64,000 bases of DNA from an uncultured Actinomycetes bacterium (GTDB lineage Bacteria > Actinomycetota > Acidimicrobiia > IMCC26256 > PALSA-610). The translations under genes and the position numbers were made by a program. The first letter of the stretch is position 1, and each line of letters starts with the position of its first letter. Below are positions 53,201 to 64,000 of the stretch, piece by piece. The notes below the pieces were generated by a model. That model ran no database searches and had not been told where the DNA came from. It was given only the letters and a program-made list of their open reading frames with translations. Where the stretch lies: the NCBI GenBank assembly GCA_963708105.1, contig OY970186.1, forward strand, positions 4,446,060 through 4,510,059. Reading direction: 5' to 3'.

Positions 53201-55156
53201 ATGGTCAGGGAAAACCCCCACGCCGGGCTGCCGATCACCGACGACGACGCGACGATCGCGGCCGCGCTCGAAGACGTCAGCATCCCGACGCTGATGCTCT
53301 CGCTCGTCCACATGACCGGCGATCCCGCGCTCATCCGCGGGCCGCTGAAGCCGCAGGGCCTGTTCCTCAACGAGGTGCAGGGCTACATGTCGGAGGAGGA
53401 CAAGGCCGAGGTGCGGCGCATCGCGCTCGACATCATCCGCGACCTATCGCGACCGCGGTTGCCAACTGCCCGCCGCCGCCGGGCCCGGCCCTCATCCGGG
53501 AGATGATGAGCTGGCTCGTCTGCGAGGACGTGCCCGAGGAGTACGTCCCGATGATGCTGGAGGAGATGGAGCTCGACGGCGCCGACGCGCGGCAAGGTCG
53601 AGATCTCCGCCGCGGCCGATGCGCGCGCCGACTTCCCGGTCGTGGTGATCGGCTGCGGCCAGTCGGGCCTGCTCGCGGGCATTCGGCTGCAGGAAGCCGG
53701 CATCCCGTTCACCATCATCGAGAAGAACCCCGACGTCGGCGGCACGTGGTTCGAGAACTCGTACCCGGGCTGTCGCGTCGACGTCGGGCAACCACTTCTA
53801 CTGCTACTCGTTCGAGCCGAGCGATCAGTGGACCGAGTACTTCGCCCAACAGCCGGAGATCCAGTCGTACTTCGCCGACGTGATGCACCGCCACGACATC
53901 GAACCGCACATCCGTTGGAACACCGAGGTCGTGTCGGCGGAGTGGGACGACGACCGCGGGCGTGTGGGAGCGTCGTCGTGCGTCGGCGCCGACGGCAACG
54001 CGAGACGACGCTGCCGGCGCGTGCGGTGATCTCGGCGGTCGGTCAGCTCAACCGGCCGAGCCTGCCCGACATCCCCGGCACGCGACGAGTTCGCGGGCGC
54101 GTCGTTTCACTCCGTCGCAGCTGGGATCACTCCGTCGACTACCGCGGCAAGCGCGTCGCCGTCGATCGGCGCCGGCGCGAGCGGTTTCCAGATCGTGCCG
54201 ACGATCGCGCGCGACGTCGCCGAGCTCACCGTGTTCCAGCGCACCGCGCAGTGGATGTTCCCGAACCCGAACTACCACGAGAAGGTCGGCCCCGGCGTGC
54301 AATGGGCGCTGCGCCACCTGCCGTTCTACGGCCGCTGGTATCGCTTCTTGTTGTTCTGGCCGGGTTGCGACGGTGGTCTCGCGGCCGCACGCGTCGATCC
54401 GGACTGGCCGCACCAGGACCGCGCGGTCAGCGAGATGAACGACCTCACACGCGAGATCTTCACCGCGTGGATCAGCGAACAGGTCGGCGACGATCCCGAG
54501 CTGCTCGCCAAGGTGATCCCCGACTATCCCGCCACCGGCAAGCGCACGCTGCAGGACAACGGCAGCTGGCTCGCGCGCGCTCAAGCGCCCGAACGTCGAG
54601 CTCGTGCGCGAAGGCATCGACCACATCGACGCGCACGGGATCGTCGACCGCGTCGGGCGCGCGCTACGACGTCGACATCATCGTGTTCGCCACCGGCTTC
54701 CAGGCCAACCGGTTCCTCTGGCCGATGCGTATCGTCGGCCGCGACGGAACGCTTCTGTCGGAACAGTGGGGCGACGAACCCGTCGGCGTATCTCGGCATC
54801 ACCGTGCCGAACTTCCCCAACCTGTTCTGCATGTACGGCCCGGGCACGAACCTCGCCCACGGCGGCAGCCTGATCTTCCACTCCGAATGCCAGATCCGCT
54901 ACATCACCGGCTGCATCAAGGCGCTCGTCGAAGGCGACCGCACCGCTCGATGGAACCGCGCCTCGACGTGCACGACGACGTACTACGAGCGCACGCAACG
55001 CGAGCTCGACGGCCTGGTGTGGTCGCAGCCGTCGATCAAGCACTCGTGGTTCAAGAACGCGCGAGGGCCGCATCCACGTGCTGAGCCCGTGGCGACTCGT
55101 CGACTACTGGACGTGGACCCGCGAGCCCGAATCTCGACGACTTCGTCATTCGCTGA
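53201..55156 (+). CDS. Baeyer-Villiger / flavin-containing monooxygenase with about 140-aa N-terminal extension (HAPMO-like), frame-shifted
   Basis: VVVIGCGQSGLLAGIRL (GxGxxG), IIEKNPDVGGTW, FAGASFHSSQWD after frame repair (FxGxxxHxxxWD fingerprint), VIGAGASGFQIV, IVFATGF, C-terminus SWFKNARG. Confidence 0.85.
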
Positions 55157-55464
55157 TCGTGTCCAGCTCGACGGCTTGCTTCGACGTGAACACGTCACCG
55201 AAGCGCTCGAGGAGCTCGGCCCGGCGCGCGATCGCCGAGGTAGCCCTCGAACGCGGCTCGATCCGGGAACCACAGCAGGTGCACCTCGAACGGGAGCGCA
55301 GGATCCTGTCCGGCGCGCCGCCGGCCGCGATACACGACGCGCGCGCCGTGATCGGCCAGCAGCGGCAGCACCGCATCTTCGAATGCCGCCGCGTCGTCGG
55401 CGCGGCCCGGCGCCGCGTGCCCGACGAACGCGAGCGTGATCGATTCTTCGGTTGCATTCGGCAT
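55146..55464 (-). CDS. Small hypothetical protein (one frame hop)
   Basis: MPNATEESITLAFVGHAAPGRADDAAAFEDAVLPLLADHGARVVYRG...FEVHLLWFPDRAAFEGYLGD then ...ELLERFGDVFTSKQAVELDTISE. Possibly a dimeric alpha-beta-barrel type; not confirmed. Confidence 0.4.
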
Positions 55465-55502
55465 GCGCCAGTTTCGCGCCCGACCGAGTACGCCCGCGGC
55501 TC

Positions 55503-56479
55503 CTACGGGATGCGCTGCATCCACCAGAGCGCGGCGCCGCCGGTGAGTACCGCGAGCAGCAACGCCAGGCCGATGAACCACTCGGTGATGTCGGTCTGCA
55601 CCGTGTCGAAGCCGACCGTCTTGCGGATCTGGTCGTAGACCGAGTTGAGCTCGCTGCCGTGGTGGCGGTGAACGACTTGCCGCCGCTCCCCTGCGCGATC
55701 GCGGCCATCGCCTGCGGGTCGGCGGGCACCGGCACGTTCTCGCCCTGCACCGTGACCGTGCCCGTCGGCGTGCCGAACGCGATCGTGTCGATCGGGACCT
55801 TGGCCTGTCTTGGCGGCCGCGGTCGCTGTCGGAAACCGTCTGCTCGGCGGGTCTCGCCGCGTTGCCGATCGTCGGCGAGCCGTCGCTCATGAGCACGATC
55901 GCGGCCGGCGACCTTCTTGCCGTCGACCCGGCGGGAGCGCGGCGATCGCCGCCAGCGCACTGATCGATCGGCGGAACCGGTCGCGGTTCCGCCGCCGACC
56001 GTCAGCGAGTCGACGGCCGCGAGCACCGGAACGTGATCGGTGGTCGGCGACGCCACGAGGACGCGCGCTCGGTGTCGAACTGCAGGAGCCCGATCTTCAG
56101 GCCCGCAGGGAGACCCTGGATGAAGCGTTGGGCCGCGGCCTGCGCGGCGACGAGCCGGCTCGGGCGCGACGTCGGTCGCGGCCATCGAACCCGAGGTGTC
56201 GATCGCGAGCATGACCGTTCCCCGCTGGCGCGGCGACCTTCTTGGTGCCGGTCGGTTCGGCGAAGCCGAACACCAACGCGGCGACGGCCGCGAGCATCAG
56301 CACGGCCGAGACGTGGCGTTGCCAACCGGGGCGTTTCGGCGCGACCGATGCGAGCAGGTCGACGCTCGTGAATCGCAACGCATACTTGCGCCGCGATCGC
56401 TGGGCGATGCAGGTAGAACGCCAGCAGTAGCGAGCGGCGCGATCAGGAAGACAAGCCGCCACGGTTCTTGGAAGCTCAC
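55503..56479 (-). CDS. VWA-domain membrane protein (BatA-like), frame-shifted
   Basis: VSFQEPWRLVFLIAPL (N-terminal TM), VMLAIDTSGSMAATD (MIDAS DxSxS), AIVLMSDGSPT, IDTIAFGT, C-terminal TM ITEWFIGLALLLAVLTGGAALWWMQRIP. GAGGAG precedes GTG 56479. Confidence 0.8.
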
Positions 56480-56489
56480 GGGACACTCC

Positions 56490-57470
56490 TCAAACGGGTC
56501 GCCCGTCCGCGCTGCGTGCGCGCCAGCGACGTATGGCGACGCATGGTCCGGCGGCTCGACGACGAAGCGCACGATTTCGATCAGCCAGTCGGAGTCGGTT
56601 GACAGCACGAGGTGCTCGCTGCACCGGCATCGCGGATCTGACGCGCGATGGTGTCGTGCCGTTCCTGGGCCGCGGCCGCGTAGCGATCCCGCAGCGCGGC
56701 CGAGTTCGACTGCACGTGCAAGTTGCGGCCGGTCTCGGTGTCGACGAGCGTCAGCATCCCGACCGCCGGTAGCGAGAGCTCGCGCGGGTCGACGACCTGC
56801 ACGCACAACACCTGATGCGCGAGCGACGAGCCGCGACGACGGAACGCCGCCAATCGGTGTCGTCGAGGAAGTCGGAGACGACGATGACCTGTCCCCGACG
56901 CGGGCGCGCTCGCTCGAGGGAGTGCAAGCGTCGCGGCGAGGTCGGCGCTGTCGCCCGAAGCGCTGAGTCCGGCGCGGGACGTCGTAGAGCCGGGAGAGCG
57001 ACGCGAGCAGCTGCGGGCCGCGTCGACGTCGGCGCGAAGCGCATGATCTCGTCGCCACCCGCGACGAGCATGCCGAAACGATTGCCGCTGTCGGGCGGTG
57101 AGGAAACCGAACGCGGCGGCGGCCGCGAACGCGACCTCCGCCTTCTCGCGCTCACCGGTACCGAAGCTCATGCTCGCCGACCGGTCGACGACCGCCAAGT
57201 CTGCAGCTCGCGATCGGCTTCGGTCGTGCGAATCATGCGGGCGATCGAACGGGCGGTGAGGTTCCAGTCGATCCACCGGGAGTCGTCGCCCGCTTCGTAC
57301 GACCGCGCGCCCGCGACCTCGGAACCCGGACCGCTCTGCCGGCCGAGGAACTCACCCCGCAGCAAGCCGTCGAGCCGGCGCGTCACGAGCAGCTCGAGCC
57401 GCCGAAGCTCGGCCGCCTTGCGCGCGACCGGCGCGACACCCTTCGCGCCGAACCTCGTCGGGCGTGCGCG

Positions 57471-57474
<4 letters not shown>
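56490..57474 (-). CDS. DUF58-family protein (frame-shifted; stop assigned after frame repair)
   Basis: GPGSEVAGARSYEAGDDSRWIDWNLTAR (DUF58 signature), LVDRSASMSFGT, VIVVSDFLD, VLCVQVVDPRE. The ATG overlaps the moxR stop (ATGA). Confidence 0.8.
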
Positions 57475-58505
<1,031 letters not shown>

Positions 58506-58922
58506 GAACGAGGCTCCTTGAGGGCTTTGGGATGACGGTATGAAAGTCATGATGTCGGGCGATCCTGAGAGTCACTTGGGGGCGCGCCGCAAAGTTGCTG
58601 AGGATCTCCGGTGAACCGGAATTCAAGCGTACGGCGGCCGCGACCGCCCCGGCGGGCGCGTCGAGATCGGCGCCCGGGCCCGCACCGCGGCCGTCACGCC
58701 TGCGTCACGGGCGGAATTTACCGTTCGCTCCCGGACACTCGACCGGAGTCGATATCCGGTCGGCCGCGAGAAAGTTGCTTGGTTCATGGACACGGTCGGA
58801 CGAACAGACCACTGCGCGCGCTGTATTGCCCCGGACCCTGGTGGTGCACCCGAGGCTCACGCCAGGAGAGACGGAATGATCGAAGCGCATACCTCACGGT
58901 CGACACGGCGCGGGAGACGATC

Positions 58923-61041
58923 GTGACGACCACCGCGTCCCGGCCCACGACGCTCCTGCTCATCGAAGACGCCGACGCCGCCGCCGAACACGTCGATGCA
59001 GTCCTGCGCGAAGCCGCGCCGGCCGACTTCGAAGTGGCGAGGGCAACCTCGCTCGCCGAAGCGATCTCGTACCTCCAGACCCGTAGCGCCGACTGCGCGA
59101 TCGTCGACGTCGACATCGCCGACGCGGGCGAGACTCGCGCTCGTCGAGCAGTTCGCGACCCGCTCCCCCGGTGTGCCCCTCGTCGCGATCACGGGTCGGA
59201 CCGACGACGAGATCGGGCTCGCGACCGTGCACGCGGGGGTGATCGACGTGTTGTCGAAGCGCGCGCTCGACGGCAACATGCTCGTTTCGTCGATTCGCCA
59301 CGCGATCCTCCTGAAACGCTCCGAGCTGTCGCTGGACGAAGTGCAGAGCATCGCCCGGATCGGAAGCTGGGCCGTCGAGCTCGCGAGCGGCGAGGTGAGC
59401 TGGTCGCACGAGCTGTACCGCTTGCTCGGATTCGGCGAAGACCAGACGCCCGGTTACCAGCAGATCATCGACCGCATCCACCCCGACGATCGCGAGACGA
59501 CGATCGCGGCGGTCACCGCAACGGTCGCGTCGACGAATCCGTTCACCGTCGAACATCGCGTGTTGCTCCCCGACGGCTCCGAGTGTTGGATGCGGTTCCG
59601 GGGCCGGGTCGAGCTCGACGGCGACGGCGCGCCCGAACGTCTGCTCGGCACCGCCCAGGACATCTCCGAAGAACGCGGCCGCGGTCGCTGCGCTCCTGCA
59701 CCAGGAGTTGCACGATCCGCTCACCGGTCTTCCGAACCGGCGCCTCCTCGTCGACCGCATCGAGCAGGCCCTGACGCGGCTGGCCCGCGATGCCGCTTCA
59801 TCGTCGGTGTGATCCATTTCGACATCGATCGCTTCAAGGTCATCAACGACAACCTCGGCTACGCCGTCGGGCGACGAACTGCTTCTTGCGACCGCGACCC
59901 GTCTACGCGATCTCGATCCGGCCCGAGGACACGCTGGCCCGGATCGAGGGCGACGAGTTCGTCGTGCTGTGCGAAGGGACTCTCCGATCAGGCCGAGGCG
60001 AAGAGCATCGCCGACCGCATCTGCGCGGCGATGACGCGAGCCACTCGATTGGGACGGCGGGCGAACTCGTCATCTCGGTCAGCGCGGGCGTCGCGCTCGC
60101 GTCGTCGCCGTCGGTGGAAGCCGGCGCGCTGCTCGGCGACGCCGACGCGGCGATGTACCGCGCCAAGGCGGCCGGGCGCGCCCGCTCGGCGTTGTTCGCC
60201 GAGAGCGATGCGCCCGACCGGCGTCGGCCGGCTCGACACCGAGACCTCGTTGCGGCAATCGATCGTCAACGGCGACCTGCGCGTGCACTACCAACCCATC
60301 GTCAGCCTCGTCGACGGGCAGATCCTCGGCCACGAGGCGCTCGTCCGGTGGGCGCATCCGGCGCGCGGTCTGCTCGGTCCCGACGAGTTCATCACGATCG
60401 CCGAGGAGATCGGGACTGATCGTTCCGCTCGGCGCGTGGGTGGTGCGCGAAGCGTGCATGCAGGCGAAGCGATTCCAGAGTCGCGATCCGCGGTGGCCGC
60501 GCCTGATGATGTCGGTCAACCTCTCCGGCGCGCAGCTCGGGCAGCCCGACCTCGTCGAGCTCATCACCTCCGCGCTCGAGCGACTCCGAGCTCGACGCCC
60601 GAAGACCTCCAACTCGAGATGACCGAGAGCGTCCTGATGGACGACGCCCCGACCACGATCACCGTCCTCGAAGCGCTGCAAGACCTCGGCGTGCGCTTGA
60701 GCATCGACGACTTCGGGACGGGCTACTCGTCGCTCGCGTATCTCCGGCGTTTCCCGGTCGACGTGTTGAAGATCGACCGCACGTTCGTCGGCGGTCTCGG
60801 CAAGGACCTCGAGGACTCCGCGATCGTCGCCGCGGTCGTGAACCTCGCCGACACGCTCGGCTTCACCACGATCGCCGAAGGCGTCGAGACCGAGCTGCAA
60901 CGCGACTGCCTCGTCGGCCTCGGCTGCTCGCGCGCGCAGGGCTATCTGTTCGCCCGGCCCGTCGCCGCGGCCGAAGCCGAATCGCACTCGATCACGCCAC
61001 CGGCGCGGTCACGACTCGCTCGTAACCGCAGCCGTTCGTAA
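58923..61041 (+). CDS. REC-PAS-GGDEF-EAL signalling protein; GGDEF site reads EGDEF, EAL motifs intact (frame-shifted)
   Basis: REC LLLIEDAD...AIVDVDI...LVAITGRTD; PAS IGSWAVELASGEVSWSHELYRLLGF; LHDPLTGLPNRR, LARIEGDEFVVL; EAL domain HYQPIV, GHEALVRW, QLEMTES, SIDDFGTGYSSL, LKIDRTFV, IAEGVET, QGYLFARP. Confidence 0.85.
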
Positions 61042-61067
61042 GACCGCAAGCGTTCCCTGGAGGCGCG

Positions 61068-64000
61068 ATGACCGCTCTGGCCGATGACACCGACGTCGAC
61101 GGCGGTCGACGACCGATCGAAGCCAACGCGCTGCTGACGTTCCTCGCCCAGGTGAAGACGGGCGACTTCTCGGCGCGCATGCCGCTCGACTGGACCGGCG
61201 TCGCGGGCAAGGTCGCCGACGGCTTCAACGAGATCATCATCGGCGAACGAGACGTTCAGCGCGGAGCTCGCACGCGTGAGCGACGTGGTCGGCAAACAGG
61301 GACAGCTGTCGCAGCGCATCGAGCGCGGGGGCATTGACCACGCGTTGGTCGGGACCGATCGACTCGGTCAACAGCCTCATCGACGACCTCGTCCGCCCGA
61401 CGAGCGAGATGCAGCGCGTCATCGGCGCGGTCGCCGACGGCGACCTCAGCAAGAAGGTCTCCGCCGACGTCCGCGGCGAGATGCTCGACCTCAAGAGCAC
61501 GATCAACGCGATGGTCGATCAGCTCAACGGCTTCATCTCCGAAGTGACCCGCGTCGCCCGCGAGGTCGGTACCGAAGGCAAGCTCGGTCAGGCCGCCGCG
61601 GTCACGATCGAGGTCGGCGGCGTGTGGAAGGACCTCACCGACAACGTCAACCTCATGGCCCGCAACCTGACCGGCCAGGTGCGCAACATCGCCGAGGTCA
61701 CGACCGCGGTCGCGCAACGGCGACCTCAGCAAGAAGATCTCGATCGACGTGCAGGGCGAGTTCCTCGAGCTGAAGAACACCGTCAACGCGATGGTCGATC
61801 AGCTCAACGCGTTCGCCGGTGAGGTGACCCGAGTCGCACGCGAGGTCGGGCGTCGAGGGCAAGCTCGGCGGTCAGGCGCAGTCGACCGAAGTCAGCGGCG
61901 TCTGGAAGGACCTCACCGACAACGTCAACCAGCTCGCCGCGAACCTCACCAACCAGGTGCGCGCGATCTCGGACGTGGCGACCGCGGTGACCGAGGGCGA
62001 CCTCACCCGCCAGGTGCGCGTCGAGGCGAGCGGCGAAGTCGCGGTGTTGAAGGACACGCTCAACGAGATGATCCGCACGCTCGGCGAGACGACCCGCGAG
62101 AACATCGAACAAGACTGGTTGAAGACGAACCGCGAGCGGTTCACCCGCATGCTCCAGGGTCAGCGCGACCTCTCCGAGGTGTCGAGCATGATCCTCTCCG
62201 AGCTCGCGCCGCTCGTGTCCGCGCAACACGGCGTCTTCTATTCGATGACGAATCCGTCCGACGGCACCGAACCGGTGCTCGAGCTCACCGCGGGCTACGG
62301 CTACGAGGAACGCAAGCACCTCTCCACCACGTTCCGCATCGGCGAGGGCCTCGTCGGCCAGTGCGCGAAGGAGAAGACGCGCATCCTGCTCACCGATGTG
62401 CCCGGCGACTACGTGCAGATCAACTCCGGGCTCGGATCGTCGCCGCCGCTCAACATCATCGTGCTGCCCGGTCCTGTTCGAAGGTGCGGTGCGCGCGGTT
62501 GTCGAGCTCGCGTCGTTCTCGCCGTTCAGCGTCACCCACCAGGCGTTCCTCGAGCAGCTGCCCGGAGAGCATCGGCCTCGACATGAACACCATCGAAGCG
62601 AACACGCTCACCGAGAACCTGCTGCGCCAGTCGCAGTCGCAGGCCGAGGAGCTGCGTTCGCAACAAGAGGAGCTGCGCGAGTCGAACGAAGACCTCGAGC
62701 GCCAGGCGAGCCTGCTCGCCGAACGCAACATCGAAGCGGAGCAGAAGAACGAAGAGGTCGAGCAGTCGAAGCTGCTCGTGGAGGAGAAGGCGTCCGAGCT
62801 CGCGGTCTCGTCGAAGTACAAGTCGGAGTTCATCGCGAACATGTCGCACGAACTGCGCACGCCGCTCAACAGCTTGTTGATCCTCGCCGAACAGCTCGCC
62901 GACGATCCCGAGCACAACATGACCGATACGCAGGTCGAGTACGCGGGCGTCATCCTCGGCTCGGGCCGCGACCTGCTCGGCCTGCTCAACAGCATCCTCG
63001 ATCTGGCCAAGGTCGAGTCGGGAACCGCGACGGTCGAGATGACCGACGTCTCGGTCGGGCAGCTGCACGACGACCTGATTCGCGAGTTCGACCATGTGGC
63101 CCGGGCCAAGGGCGTCGGGCTTCGCGATCGACGTCGCGGCCGAGTGCCCGGTCGAGATCGTCACCGACCCGCAGCGCCTGCGCCAGATCCTGAAGAACCT
63201 GATCGCCAACGCGTTCAAGTTCACCGAGCAGGGCGAGGTCGACCTCCGCGTCGTCGATCGGCGCGCGACGGTTGGAGCCCCGAGACGACGACCTTGGCTT
63301 GCCGCGCCCTCGGTACTCGCCTTCGCCGTGCGCGACACCGGCATCGGGATCGAGAGCACAGCAGCAACGGCGCATCTTCGAGGCGTTCGCGCAAGGCGAC
63401 GGAACCACCGCGCGCCTCTACGGCGGCACCGGGCTCGGGCTCTCGATCAGCCGTGAGCTCGTCGGTCTGCTCGGCGGCGAGATCACGCTGTCGAGCACGC
63501 CCGGCCAGGGCAGCACGTTCACCGTGTTCCTGCCGCTCGGCCGGCGTCGCGACCACGCCGACCGCGGCCCGACGACCTCCGACACCGTCGATCCCGGAAC
63601 GGCCCGCTGTCGCTCGTTGCCGCGAACGACTGGGCCGCCAAGGACACGCTCGCGCCGAAGCCGGAACGCAACCGGCGCAACGGCCTCGACGACCGTCCGT
63701 TCGAAGGCCGGAAGCATCCTCGTCATCGACGACGACTTCCGCAACGTCTTCGCGCTGACCGCGCTGCTCGAGCGGGGCCGGGCCGAGGTGACCGTCGCCG
63801 AGAGCGGAAGCGCGGCGATCGCGCTCCTCGACGGCAGCACCGCCGATGTCGACCTCGTGCTGACCGACATCATGATGCCGGGCATGGACGGCTACGACAC
63901 CATGCGCGCGATCCGCGCGCTCGACCAGTTCAAGACGGTGCCGATCATCGCGGTGACCGGCAAGGTCGTGCCCGGCGAACGGCAACGCTGTCTCGACGCG
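61068..64000 (+). CDS. Hybrid sensor kinase: poly-HAMP array, GAF, coiled coil, HisKA-HATPase_c, receiver (frame-shifted; continues beyond the window)
   Basis: About 92-aa double-HAMP units repeat ([32 protein letters not shown]... / [32 protein letters not shown]...). [18 protein letters not shown]; H box [12 protein letters not shown]; [13 protein letters not shown]; [14 protein letters not shown]...[13 protein letters not shown]. Confidence 0.85.

Noticed and set aside
58506-58922. A c-di-GMP (GEMM-type) riboswitch upstream of the GGDEF-EAL gene.
   Set aside because: Only a CGCAAAG fragment is present. The paired GGCAAACC / ACGCAAAGC elements and their helices are not.

Overview
GC-rich (about 70 percent by eye, not computed) actinobacterial-type chromosomal segment with roughly 60 protein genes. 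I found no rRNA, tRNA, CRISPR array, transposase or integrase. Product calls rest on motifs read from the supplied ORF translations; no database search was possible.

Content:
- Housekeeping synteny: lepB, a GDPD esterase, tatA-tatC-helY, a long ThyX, DUF4193-lnt, pepF.
- A glycine-cleavage neighbourhood (gcvT, nuclease-like ORF, MerR, DUF151 nuclease, hpt, MerR, FHA protein, gcvH) that resembles the mycobacterial Rv1826-Rv1832 arrangement as I recall it.
- Envelope and sugar genes: a nucleotidyltransferase/phosphomannomutase fusion, a CDP-alcohol phosphatidyltransferase, an OafA-like acyltransferase, an RfbH-like enzyme.
- Metabolic genes: ggt, an acyl-CoA synthetase, several SDRs, a D-aminoacylase, a Baeyer-Villiger monooxygenase, a Tat-secreted phosphoesterase.
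- A MoxR-DUF58-VWA operon.
- Signalling genes: a PilZ plus FliN/SpoA-domain pair, a REC-histidine kinase, a REC-PAS-GGDEF-EAL protein, a multi-HAMP hybrid kinase.

The dominant observation is technical. Most conserved genes can only be read by hopping between frames, which implies dozens of 1-nt indels. These broken patches alternate with multi-kb stretches of intact ORFs. Uneven consensus error is the most likely cause, so all gene boundaries in broken genes are approximate.

Other points worth a second look:
- Two families of long palindromic repeats.
- A perfect palindrome over the start of a small zinc-ribbon regulator gene.
- An in-frame TAG separating a MerR gene from a nuclease-like ORF that has no usable start codon.
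- An orphan PilZ / SpoA-domain / unknown gene trio.
- A four-gene operon ending in an RfbH-like enzyme with His in place of the Schiff-base Lys and no Fe-S cysteines.
- Several short tandem direct repeats just upstream of genes.
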